A stretch of DNA of 64,000 nucleotides from the NCBI GenBank assembly GCA_034780895.1, contig JAUZTB010000062.1, positions 7,700,494 through 7,764,493 of the forward strand, in the 5' to 3' direction. Below, in pieces: positions 40,804-51,979 of this stretch (its first letter is position 1; each line of letters starts with the position of its first letter). The notes under the pieces are model-generated. The model ran no database searches. It was not told the DNA's origin and saw only the letters and a program-made list of their open reading frames with translations. The translations under genes and the position numbers were made by a program. This stretch comes from Rhynchobatus australiae. Lineage: Eukaryota.

Positions 40804-43800
40804 NNNNNNNNNNNNNNNNNNNNNNNNNNNNNNNNNNNNNNNNNNNNNNNNNNNNNNNNNNNNNNNNNNNNNNNNNNNNNNNNNNNNNNNNNNNNNNNNN
40901 NNNNNNNNNNNNNNNNNNNNNNNNNNNNNNNNNNNNNNNNNNNNNNNNNNNNNNNNNNNNNNNNNNNNNNNNNNNNNNNNNNNNNNNNNNNNNNNNNNNN
41001 NNNNNNNNNNNNNNNNNNNNNNNNNNNNNNNNNNNNNNNNNNNNNNNNNNNNNNNNNNNNNNNNNNNNNNNNNNNNNNNNNNNNNNNNNNNNNNNNNNNN
41101 NNNNNNNNNNNNNNNNNNNNNNNNNNNNNNNNNNNNNNNNNNNNNNNNNNNNNNNNNNNNNNNNNNNNNNNNNNNNNNNNNNNNNNNNNNNNNNNNNNNN
41201 NNNNNNNNNNNNNNNNNNNNNNNNNNNNNNNNNNNNNNNNNNNNNNNNNNNNNNNNNNNNNNNNNNNNNNNNNNNNNNNNNNNNNNNNNNNNNNNNNNNN
41301 NNNGACTTAATGACTCACTACACTGTGAAGGTAAAATATTCAGTGTTCAATGTGAGTGCACATCAATTTATCAGCACCTAAAGGCCAGAGTCAATCTGCC
41401 ATCTCCCTTCTGCCGATTAGTAAATTGTATTAAATTCAGGAAACAACCAAAACCAGTCAGATGTGAAAGCTGACGTGCTTTTAAATAGCACTATGATGGT
41501 GACTGGATGGAACCCACATATGGGTAATGGAAAGACCTAAAACTCAAAACTCATCTACTTCCTTTGTAACTGGTCATAAGAAAACAAAATGAGCATTCAG
41601 TAAGCAAGAAACTAGCCCTCTAAAAGATCAAAAAAGGTTATATTAATGTCCAGTCCTCATCCAGATCAAACAGACTGCAAACTGAAGCGTAAAACAGTGT
41701 AGGCATTCTAACTCAAAGGCCTGCCATGGTCTTTTGACCTTGCTTTTAACTGGGTGACAAAAACTTATTTGGGAACTATGGAATGTCTCAGGTTACCCAA
41801 CAACTTGATCTGAAGCCAAACTCATTTCAGATGGATCTCTCTGAAACTAGCAATCCTTCACCCATGCTCCACTCCCCTCCCCAGCACCAAAATATTTCTC
41901 CTTTCTTCATACAAGAAATTGTCTCAATTAATTTCTGATGTCTTTAATCCGCTACAGGGGACATTACACTATTCTGACTTGTGGCAACAACTGTTACTTA
42001 TTGTGCTGTAAACTTAGCAACTGTTATCACAGAACAAGCAACACAAGTATTCTTAACATACTGTACAAAACTGTACATAGGTACAACACTTTCTATCAGC
42101 CAGGGATACAAATAGAATATCGGTTCCCCAGAATCAAAGTCACAAGATTGCTCATTTGTACCCGTTTAAAAGTCTTGTCATACAAAAAAAGTCACTTCAA
42201 CACTCACAGAAATATACATCTTGTCAACACTAATTACAAAACCAACTACTAATATTGTTGACTATCGATTTCCCAGTATCCAGTTTACTTGATTCATGAA
42301 AATTTCTTTTTCTTCTCAAATGTTTTTATTTTCAGAATTAGCACTTTGGAAGAATGAATATTAATTTGTGGGTAAATAGCAAAGACAAATAGGAAAGCAA
42401 TTAACAACCAGAAGTGCCAGAAAACGATGAGCAGAAGATTTTTTGTAAAGTGCTGTTAAGACTTTAAAATTCACAAAAACTTTCTAAAAGTTAAAGCCTC
42501 CCTGCTAATGCCCAGGGGCATGTACTTTCCCCAGCTAGAAACATGGTTACAGCTCTCATTAATCAAGCTGATGCCAAAAAGATGCTCTCCCTATTCCAAC
42601 CACTGATTTGCACAATGCCACTGTGATGTGTCAGGACACCCAGCTAAAGTTTGGCTAAGAACCAATGAAGCAGCCCACTCAATATGCTATGCTTTCAGTG
42701 AATCTCAATGCTATGGCACTTTAGTGGTCAGAGCCAAATACTCATCTCTGATGCTCCAGTTTTCTGTTGAAATTGGCATCTCCAGTTTTCTGTTCCTGAC
42801 AATCATGATTACTCATCCATCATTTCAGTGCTGTTGGCACTCTCTGCTCCCTACCCTCTGCATAATAGCTGCAGACTTCTTTCAGAACACATTCAAAATG
42901 AAGACTAAAAACACACAGCACACATTTTATTGCATAGTTTCCTGATTTTAATTTGATGGTTTCAGCAATGAAGACAGTGGCATCTTGGAATTCACTGAAA
43001 CAACTTAATCCAACAACAATCTGATCATGCAAGTTTCTTATACAGCTGACATTTTTGATGCCAATATGGTTGCTTCTTTTTACAATGACAAGTTAATCAG
43101 TAAGCTCCAAACAGGTTCTGCAATCAGGGAAATGCACAATGCAAAGTGTGAAATAACATCCTTAGCAGGAAGATGTTGATACCACCCACTGCAGTTCTGG
43201 CAGGACAAAGTCATAAAATTGGATCATCAATTTTCAATGGAAAATTGGCACAGTCACAGCAATGCTAGCATACTGCAGATTTCTCATATCCATTTTGAAC
43301 AGTGACCAAGTATGCAATAAAAGGTGGGAAAGGCCAGTACAAGGAACATTAAAATTATTTTGGCACTCTTGAACAATTCCCTTAAAGCAATCCTTGGAGA
43401 TCACCACCTACAGGACAAAATTATTGTCTGCTGGTAATTATACTGACTCCTGAGATCAGGTAGTGGTTATATTGATTTATCTCATAACTTTAGCTATTGA
43501 TAAATGAAGTACACTTCAACTGCAAAAAAAAGAGAATGTCTGTTAAAAGTTACCCAACAAGGTCAATTTCAATCTGAGAAGCAAAAATTCTAAACCCAGT
43601 TGGAAAATTATAGTTAATTACTATTTAGGTAGACTGAGTATCATAATTTCCCCTGGGGGTACTGTCATGTTATTAACAAGCATTTCACATTCCAAAACAT
43701 GCATTTATTTAAAAAAAATAAACCAGGCTAAACATAAAAAAATGTGCATACACACTGATCTGGCACATCATTCTGGATCTTAAAAGAGCTTGTTCAAACT

Positions 43801-44625
43801 GACTGAACCGTATTGAAAAAGCAGAAGGCAGCAATACTCTGACACTAACTGCATACAGATTCATGAGCAGTCTTCAAAGGAACAATTCCCCAAGCCCTTC
43901 CTTTGTAAACAAACTTTCATTGCTGCAAAGCAACAAAAGACCAATAAAAATGCCAACACTACTCTTGTCTTAAGACTGAACCACACCAAAAGCCACATCC
44001 AACCTGATCTATGGGGAATAAAAAAATAAATTACTTTATAAAACAGAACGCAAAAAGTTATATGAAATTCCATCGTACCACCTAATGATATTGTTTCAAA
44101 AACATAAAAATGTAACGAATTATTGCCATATATCAGTTCAAAGCTTCAACGATCAAGCTGCCTTCGTGTTTCGTGACATCAATTGGACCCCACACCCAGA
44201 TCCGCAAACACACCTACCCTCCTCCCAAAAAACTCATCTACGTCCTTCCATCCCAACGCATCGCTCCTCCATAAGATTCACAAGAACATTCTAACTAAAC
44301 ATTTCAAAAAGTGCAGCCAAAAAAAAATAGTTTAAATGCACTTGCGAGCTGCTTAAACCTTTCCATGCCACAAAACAAAAGCCATAGTAAGACATGCTTT
44401 TTATCGTTTTAACAATGAGGGGCTACCACGCCGGGAAAGCAGGCTGGCTGGGCAATTCTAAAGAAAAACTCAGGCAAACCCCCCGATCAGAGCCAGAAAC
44501 TCAGCACCAAGTCGCCAGTCAGGTTGGACAACGGCCGAGAGACTCCGGGGAGGGAAGTTGGAGAAAGTTGGATGGGAGCCGGGGACAGGCCGGCCGGCTG
44601 GGGCTCGGCCGGTGGCCGCACTCAC

Positions 44626-44673
44626 CTTGTAGACGCCCTCGGTCATTCGGTGCATATCTTCCGTGCGAGACAT
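44626..44673 (-). CDS. BAIAP2: BAIAP2/IRSp53 coding exon 1 (MSRTEDMHRMTEGVYK)
   Basis: ATG at 44673 in context gcaaccATG (A at -3) inside a CpG island. It has 16 codons, then a phase-0 donor AAG|GTGAGT. The peptide resembles the IRSp53 N-terminus (human MSLSRSEEMHRLTENVYK). Confidence 0.95.
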
Positions 44674-44965
44674 GGTTGCTGAACTCTCCTCTCAACCTGC
44701 ACCGAGCAAATCACAAGAGTAATCTAAAAAAGTTACTCTGCGCCGCGAATAAAAAGCCTCTCTCGCCCCCTGAAACTTTTTTTTTCTCTCTCTCTCACAC
44801 ACACTTTCTTTTGACAGTAATCTCCAAGCCGCCCCCGCAACCAGCCGCGGTGCTTCTCCGCCAGCACCCGTCGCCTAGGAACGCGAGTGAGGAGGACTCC
44901 CGCCGACAACCTAACTCGGCGGCACAGGAGGAGTCGTCGAGCGGGCAGGGGGGGGGGGTCCTGCC

Positions 44966-45001
44966 ATTGGCCCGGCTGGCGGAATCCCGCGCGGCCATTG
45001 G
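44966..45001 (-). promoter_or_regulatory. Tandem CCAAT (NF-Y) boxes
   Basis: ATTGG at 44966-44970 and 44997-45001. Both read CCAATGGC on the gene strand and start 31 bp apart. Confidence 0.7.
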
Positions 45002-45019
45002 TTACACGCGACTAGCAAT

Positions 45020-45042
45020 CACCGCCCCCTCCCCCCCCTCCC
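45020..45042 (-). promoter_or_regulatory. GC box (Sp/KLF) and G-rich tract
   Basis: CCGCCCCCTCCCCCCCCTCCC on the + strand, which gives GGGGCGG plus G-runs on the gene strand. Confidence 0.6.
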
Positions 45043-45075
45043 TTTGGAGTAGCGGTAGGTTGAGTCGGCACTCGT

Positions 45076-45083
45076 TGACGTCA
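45076..45083. promoter_or_regulatory. Full palindromic cAMP response element (CRE)
   Basis: TGACGTCA with its CpG intact, inside the promoter island. Confidence 0.75.
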
Positions 45084-45889
45084 CGGCCAACACTCCTGGG
45101 CTCCTGGAAGATTTGCAGCCCAGCAAGTAGCAAAGTCTTTTTTAAAATCATAAAAAAAGAACGCAAACTATTTCCATAGCAACCAGTTAAAACTGTGTTA
45201 GAAATCCCCTTCGCATGTACAAGACTGTGCACCAAATACGTAACATNNNNNNNNNNNNNNNNNNNNNNNNNNNCAAACGTAGTTTTTTCACTGGTGGTCA
45301 TTTAGATATACTTTTGAAGCATGCATTGAACATTCATGGAGGGGAAAATAATTATTACAAATCAATCCAGTGTGAGCTCATCTGTGGGCATGATGAATCA
45401 CTCGTAACCATCGTAGACTCAGATGCTTAAGGATGACTATCCCAGCCTCTACTTTATGTTAATGCTATTCCAAACTAATCACCATTATGATTTACTGCGA
45501 ATTCTCAGTCCAAAAAGGCAGATTGCAGTTTGTGGTAGTACTCTTTAAATCATGATATATGGTTTGCTGCTACAGCAAATTAATGCAAGGGTTTTTCCTC
45601 CTGCAAGTTATTAATTTAATTTTCTTGATTTGCTAAATAGAAGTGGTAAAAGCCCAAATCTCCTATTCCATGGCTCCCTCTTCAGGGAAACTCCTCTATT
45701 TTCTTTTAGTGACAAAAGGAGTACCATTTGTAATTTCACATAACTTACTTTTCCATAAAACAATCTCTGTATCTTTCAATGGTTTGCAGTTAGAATAATC
45801 CCCATTTGTAAAATAAATGCTGACATGGGAAATATGGTGGTATTTTTCCCTTCGTTTTTTATTGCTTTTGATGTACTTTTAAAGGATGC

Positions 45890-46545
45890 TGGTTAGAACC
45901 GCACCTGGAGTAATGCATGGAGTTTTGGCTTCCTTATTTAAAGAGGGATTATAAGGCAGTGTGTATAGGAAGTTTCCCTTGTGACGAAAGGGTTGACATA
46001 TAAAGAAAGGTTGAATGGGTTAGGCCTTTAGTCTTTGTAATTTTGAAGAATTAGAGGTCATGTCATCAAATTCTTAAGGCTATTGATATGTTGGGTGCCG
46101 AGAGGATGTTTCTCCCAGTGAAGTTATCTAGAACTAGGGACATAGTCTCAGAATTAGGGATTACCCATTTAAAACAGAAATGAGAAGGAATTTCTTCTCT
46201 CATGGAGTCATAAATCTTTGAAATGTGCTATCCCAGAGAGACATGGAGCAAAGTCATTGAAAATGTACAAGGCCGAGACTGACAGGCCTTTAAACTAGAA
46301 GGGAGTCAGTGGCTGTAGGAACAATGTGGGTGAGTAGAGTTAAACCAAGCCTGGATTATCCATGATCTTATTGAATGGCAGAACAGGTCAAGGGCCNNNN
46401 NNNNNNNNNNNNNNNNNNNNNNNNNNNNNNNNNNNNNNNNNNNNNNNNNNNNNNNNNNNNNNNNNNNNNNNNNNNNNNNNNNNNNNNNNNNNNNNNGAAC
46501 AGGTCAAGGGCCTGTTGACCTACCCCTGCTCCTGTTTCTGATGAT
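45890..46545 (+). mobile_element. CR1 LINE 3' fragment
   Basis: cacctggagtaatgc...ctagaactaggggacatagtctcagaa...atgatcttattgaatggcagaacagg...cctgctcctgtttct. Confidence 0.8.
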
Positions 46546-46669
46546 CCTGGACTCAGGGATTTTGGTGAAGCTAAAGGACCTACTTCCATGTTAAGCACAG
46601 ATGAACTCTGGAATATTGGGGAGCTGATTGTTGACTTGGTGACAAAACTTCCAAATATTTCTCATGGCT

Positions 46670-46940
46670 TCTAATGTACAGTGTTTAAAATAAATTCTTC
46701 AACTGACTGACTAGTTTTCACCACACCTTACAGTCTTGATCAACCTGTTCCCAATCGTTAGTATCAATGTTGCAGAACCTCTTTGTTGATTTTGGAACTT
46801 TCTGTTAACCTCTCTTTGGTTTTCACAAATGCTGCCTAAACCAGGTGGTTCTCTGTCATTCTAACCACATAATCTGACAATCTCAGTCATGCCAATAATG
46901 CTGACAGTTTGCATCCTTACATGATGCAGGATTTCTGTGT
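46670..46940 (+). repeat. Direct repeat copy A (~270 bp)
   Basis: Aligns with 47717-47996 (ccacaccttacagtcttgatcaacctgttcccaat ... catccttacatgatgcaggatttctgtgt). Confidence 0.9.
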
Positions 46941-47517
46941 ATCATTAGTCTGAGACAGATTTCATGGCAATGGTTGAATGATAAGCAGCCAAGTTTAGAT
47001 ATTTCCTTAAAAGGAAGAAGGAAAAACGGGATGGTATGCCCAAAATTCTTTCTCAAGGACACTATGATCCTACAATCAAGAGCAGTAATGGGCAGAGTTG
47101 TTTGTGGGTTATTTGTTCATATGTTCCAAACTTAGAATTGTCTCTCAGTATGAAACTTAGTGAAGGACATACATGTACATGGTAATACTAAACCTTCTCA
47201 ATCTTTAACTTTCTTCTTGAAAATAAGAAAAAGGATTGGAACAGATGGTTTTGAAAGAACATTTTTAGAACTCATTTGGGCAAAAACTGCAGTGATGTTA
47301 ATTGACGATCATTCTCTTAGTTTAATAGATTACAGTCTACTAGTTTATCAGGTTAAGCAATGTTTATAAAGATGTTATTATCGGGATAAGGGTCATGGTC
47401 TCAAGATAAGACAAAGGATACAAAGTCACCTCTTCAGGAGAGGAAATTCCTTCAGTCACTGGGTTGTAGATCTCCGAAACTGGAGGATGGTGGAAGCTCA
47501 GTTACTGACAATCTGTA

Positions 47518-47650
47518 TTCAGTCCCGATGCAGGGTCACGACCTGAAATATCAATCATTCCTTTGCCTCCACAAACACTGCTCAACCCACTGAGTTCCTC
47601 CAGAAGTTTGTCTTTTGCTCTAGATTCCAGCATTTGCATTCTCTTGTATC
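47518..47650 (+). mobile_element. Penelope-like terminal repeat with decayed hammerhead motif
   Basis: cagtcCCGATGCAgggtcacgacctGAAAtatc followed by the arm ctgagttcctccag...agattccagcat. Confidence 0.65.
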
Positions 47651-47716
47651 TTCAAAAGCTTTTTCATTTTTATACCACCGTGTGGTCAAAGGATATATTG
47701 CAGACATATCTCCAAG

Positions 47717-47996
47717 CTAATGCACTGTGTTTCAAAGAAATGTTTCAACCTACTGTCTAGTGTGCACCACACCTTACAGTCTTGATCAACCTGTTCCCAA
47801 TTGTAAGTATCAATGTTGCAGAACCTCTTTGTTGATTTCATTAGCTTCTTGTACACCTCTTTTGGTTTTCACAAATGCTGCGTAAACTATCGGTAACTAG
47901 GTGGTCCTCTGTCATTCTAACTACATAATCTGACAATCTCAGTCATGCCAATAACGCTGATGGTTTGCATCCTTACATGATGCAGGATTTCTGTGT
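47717..47996 (+). repeat. Direct repeat copy B
   Basis: Diverged copy of 46670-46940 with scattered substitutions and a short insertion near 47888. Confidence 0.9.
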
Positions 47997-48019
47997 AAGT
48001 CTAAGATAGAAGCTCGCCT

Positions 48020-48183
48020 GACCTTCTTATTCTGGCTTCTGCCCTCTTCCTTCCAGTCCTGATGAAGGGTCTCAGCCCAAAACGTCGACTGTTTATTTCC
48101 CTCTATTGATGCTGCCTGACCTGTTGAGTTCCTCCAGCACTTTGTGTGTGTTGCTCCAGATTCCAGCATCTGCAGATTCTCTT
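48020..48183 (+). mobile_element. Penelope-like terminal repeat
   Basis: Hammerhead motif followed by gatgctgcctgacctgttgagttcctccagcac...gattccagcatctgcag. Confidence 0.75.
48054..48091 (+). ncRNA. Minimal type-I hammerhead ribozyme motif (G12 mutated to A)
   Basis: CAGTC [stem I] CTGATGA A GGGT-CTCA-GCCC [stem II] AAAA (for GAAA) C GTC^ GACTG [stem I']. CAGTC and GACTG are exact complements. Confidence 0.7.
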
Positions 48184-48849
48184 NNNNNNNNNNNNNNNNN
48201 NNNNNNNNNNNNNNNNNNNNNNNNNNNNNNNNNNNNNNNNNNNNNNNNNNNNNNNNNNNNNNNNNNNNNNNNNNNNNNNNNNNNNNNNNNNNNNNNNNNN
48301 NNNNNNNNNNNNNNNNNNNNNNNNNNNNNNNNNNNNNNNNNNNNNNNNNNNNNNNNNNNNNNNNNNNNNNNNNNNNNNNNNNNNNNNNNNNNNNNNNNNN
48401 NNNNNNNNNNNNNNNNNNNNNNNNNNNNNNNNNNNNNNNNNNNNNNNNNNNNNNNNNNNNNNNNNNNNNNNNNNNNNNNNNNNNNNNNNNNNNNNNNNNN
48501 NNNNNNNNNNNNNNNNNNNNNNNNNNNNNNNNNNNNNNNNNNNNNNNNNNNNNNNNNNNNNNNNNNNNNNNNNNNNNNNNNNNNNNNNNNNNNNNNNNNN
48601 NNNNNNNNNNNNNNNNNNNNNNNNNNNNNNNNNNNNNNNNNNNNNNNNNNNNNNNNNNNNNNNNNNNNNNNNNNNNNNNNNNNNNNNNNNNNNNNNNNNN
48701 NNNNNNNNNNNNNNNNNNNNNNNNNNNNNNNNNNNNNNNNNNNNNNTCAATTCTTTAACAGAAGACTGCTTAGATAAAAATATGTAAAATTCTGTAAAAG
48801 TTGAATGTGGAGCTTATATAAATTGTGTTACTTAAATCACTCATCAATA

Positions 48850-49400
48850 GGTATAGAGATATATAGATTACAGCCAAGAGGTCCATTGTACTTGTGTGCT
48901 TGCTCTTTGAAAGAACGAACCAAATGATTCCACTCATCCCTGCCTTTTACATTGTAGCCCTTCAAAATTTCTCCTGTCAAATATACATTCATTTCCCTTT
49001 TGAAAGGCATTAATGAATCTGCTTCTAACATCACAATTTGCTATGTAAAAATGCTCATCACCCTTCTGGTTTTTTTTTATTCCAATTACTTTAAATCCAT
49101 TTGCACACAAAGCCCACATAATTCTGAGGTCTATGAAATCCCTTTGTCTTCTGAGTTCTAGGTAGAATGATCCCAGCTTTTTCAGTTTCTCAATATTCCT
49201 GACATTGCTCATTCAAAGATTTGGCATCCTTCCTGAAGTGTGGTTCCCAGGATTGGACACAATAGTCCAGCTGAGGGACAACCAATGATTTAAAGTGGTT
49301 TAGCACAACTTCCTTGCATTTGTGACCCATGTCTCTATTTATAAGCCAAGAAAATTGTTCTCTTTACAGCCATCGCTACTTATTCAGCCCCACTGAAAGA
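48850..49400 (-). mobile_element. CR1 LINE 3' fragment
   Basis: cccttttgaaagg...tgcttctaac...tcctgaagtgtggttcccaggattggacacaata (reverse of the YCVQ.W.P motif). Confidence 0.7.
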
Positions 49401-49659
49401 TTTCCTTTTGGTTCACCTTGACCTCTTATATTTAAAAAAGATATCCTTTTCAGACACCGCAGAAATAAGAGTATGTGATGAATGTACAAGTAGGTAAACA
49501 CATTTCCTCTTGTATCGTTAAACTGGGACACTGATAAAGAAACAGATCATCAATTTTTCTACTTAATATTTTATACTTAGAAAGATCAGCACTCTTCCAA
49601 AACAATGAGAGCGAAATAAAGGAAAGTGTCAAATCAGAAGCAGGAGTAAATGAAAGTCA

Positions 49660-49786
49660 TAAAAAAACTGCAGATGCTGGAAATCTGAAATAAAAACAGA
49701 AAATGCTCAAGATACTCAGCAGAGCAGGCAGCATCTGTGGAAAGAAAAACAGAGTTAATGTTTCAGGTCCAAGACCCTTCAACAGA
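49660..49786 (-). mobile_element. Penelope-like terminal repeat with hammerhead-like motif
   Basis: Minus strand CTGTTGA AGGGTCTTGGACCT GAAA CATTAACTC followed by the family arm. Confidence 0.65.
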
Positions 49787-50509
49787 TATTTCAAAAGCAA
49801 GAGCATCAAAGCAAAGTTTTAACAAAAATAACAATAGTTCTTTGTTACACCCAAGGCAAGGCATTGGCTAAGATGTATGTTCTGGTGGACAATTCCTTTG
49901 CTCTGTTTGATTTCCTAAAGTTGATTTGTAATTTATCCTCTCCAGCATTTATTTTCTTCACATCATAATTGAATAGGGAATTTTGCTTCCTCCCAAAAAG
50001 AGGTGATGTCAAGCATTATTATAGATCCACATAACTAATGCTTGGGTTTCTAGGTGGAGACAGTTTTCTTTGCTTGTTTAGGCAGTTAAGCAACCCAGAG
50101 CTTGACTGTGCACAGTCAGTAAACATTTAAAACTAGACTTGATGCAAAAAACATGTATCGTCATGAAGGGCATTTTGGACTTGGCCACCATCACCAATAG
50201 GGTGGAAGCTGATACAGATAGTCATTACAGACCAAAGAAAGCAGCTAAATTACACACTGTATTCATTGCACTGTTAGTGTGCTTTACGCATGACAGATTA
50301 TAACAAGCAGCACGCATTGTATCCCAGAATTAGACGTTGCCTATTCTACTTCTATTGGCATTTCTGTAAAAATGCTCTTGTGATTACAATGGGCTATTTT
50401 GAGTTCTGTCTTCATTTCTGAGGTCTATTTCACTTCAGAAGTTGTCGGGTGCCTTCTCAATGCAGGGCTTGTGGCACCCAGAGCCTGTTGTTGATTTTCC
50501 TGTATGTTA

Positions 50510-50524
50510 TTGGCAGCACGCCAA
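50510..50524. promoter_or_regulatory. Perfect NFI/CTF palindrome TTGGC-N5-GCCAA
   Basis: TTGGCAGCACGCCAA in unique, non-repeat sequence about 5.5 kb upstream of the promoter. Confidence 0.45.
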
Positions 50525-50791
50525 TGGTGAACTTCTCCCATTCTCACACACCAAACATGTAAGCTCTTCTGACTGGACTAGTTTCCATAATGATTTAGCC
50601 TGGGGTGACAGTTAGGGATGAACCAACCTATCATCACTTCAGTAGGGTATATTGTTGGGTTACAGTTCAGAGTTTCAGAAGTTGTTGTGTGAAAGCAGTG
50701 CAGACAGGGTGGCAGATTTAATTCAATGACATGGCAGCTCTTTTATTTTTCGTTTTATAATTTAGCGCAACTCATGTCGTGCATTAGTTTC

Positions 50792-51482
50792 AAGCCAAAA
50801 GCAAACTGCTGGAGGAATTCAGCGGTTGAAACAGGTCGACATTTCAGGTCATAACCCTGCATCAGGACTGAGAGTGTAGAGGTAAGATAGCCAGTGTAAA
50901 GAGGTAAGAGGGAGGGGTGAGACAGGGGCTGGTAGGTGATAGGTGGAACCAGGTGAAGTGGAGGACGATGGGTAGATGGAGCCAGGTTGGGGAGAGGTAT
51001 GTTTAGAGGCAGGGGTAAGGGTGGGGATGGGTGATAGGTGGACACAGATAAGGGAAAAAAATGGGTAGTTGGAGTCGGGTGAGGGAGGGGCAAGGTGGAG
51101 ACAGAAGCTGGAAGATGATAAGTAGGACCAGATAAGGGAGGGATGATGGGCAGATGGGACCAGATAGGGGAAGGGATAGGTAGACTGAGCCAACAGAGGA
51201 GAAACCCAGGTGGATGGGTATGTGGGTGGTGGGTAAATGTTAAAAGGAAAGGTGAACAAAGGGAGAGAGAACCTAGGTGGACCAGCAGGAGCAGGAAAGG
51301 ACACCAGGGGTGTGAGTTTCCTGAAATTGGAAAATTCAATGTTGAATTAGGTTGTAGGCCACCTAAGTGGAATATGAGGTGTTTTCGTTAACCCCTTGCC
51401 ACCACAGATCCTGCTTGACCTGCCAAGTTCCTCCAGCAGTTTGGTTTTTAATCCAAATCCAATATCTACAGTCTCTTGTGTC
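50792..51482 (-). mobile_element. 5'-truncated Penelope-like retroelement (GIY-YIG C-terminus, pyrimidine-rich 3' region, hammerhead, inverted terminal repeat)
   Basis: Minus strand 51386-51320 encodes KHLIFHLGGLQP/FNIEFSNFR with one frameshift, like the end of PLE GIY-YIG endonucleases. A hammerhead-like motif lies at 50835-50870 and an inverted arm at 51395-51482. Confidence 0.75.
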
Positions 51483-51979
51483 TCCATTGTGCATTAGTGT
51501 GCTGTCTCAGTCTACTGGTCAAATGGATCTCTATTATAATGGACCATTGCTGTGCTTGGTGTTATTTCTAGGTACATTGTTAATTGTGGTAGTGTTGACG
51601 TTTACAGTAGGCTTGCTATAACTCAAAGCCTTCACCTATAGCCACTAATAGGTGTGTTGTAGACAGCCATGAAAGTAATGGTCCAAGTCTCTCCGGGTTT
51701 GTATGGATATGGATTATATTAGAGATGTTGAACAATAGGAATAAGTTCTCAACATTCTTGCAGCACTCTTACCACAAGGGTGGAGTTAATTAGCCCATCT
51801 ACAAGAACAATAATCTGTATTTATACAACATTTTTCATGCCAACAAAGAACAATTAAAACAAATGTAATTCTTTCTGTCAGGCTCCATTATCCAATATCC
51901 AACTAACTTGGGTCTCCTGTACTGTGGGGCTTTGTTAATGATTACCCAGACTTCAATATGGATGTGTAAGTAAGAAGGC

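Larger units (their letters stand above)
44420..45130. promoter_or_regulatory. CpG island / BAIAP2 promoter and 5' UTR
   Basis: The only strongly GC- and CpG-rich stretch in the window, and it spans exon 1. There is no upstream ATG on the minus strand between 44674 and 44940. Confidence 0.9.

Noticed and set aside
44394-45179. 261-aa + strand ORF over the CpG island
   Set aside because: GC-rich DNA lacks stop codons. The ORF is low complexity, antisense to exon 1, and has no recognisable domain.
50755-51391. Pro/Ser/Leu-rich ORFs of 82-194 aa
   Set aside because: They are products of the purine/pyrimidine-skewed Penelope 3' region.
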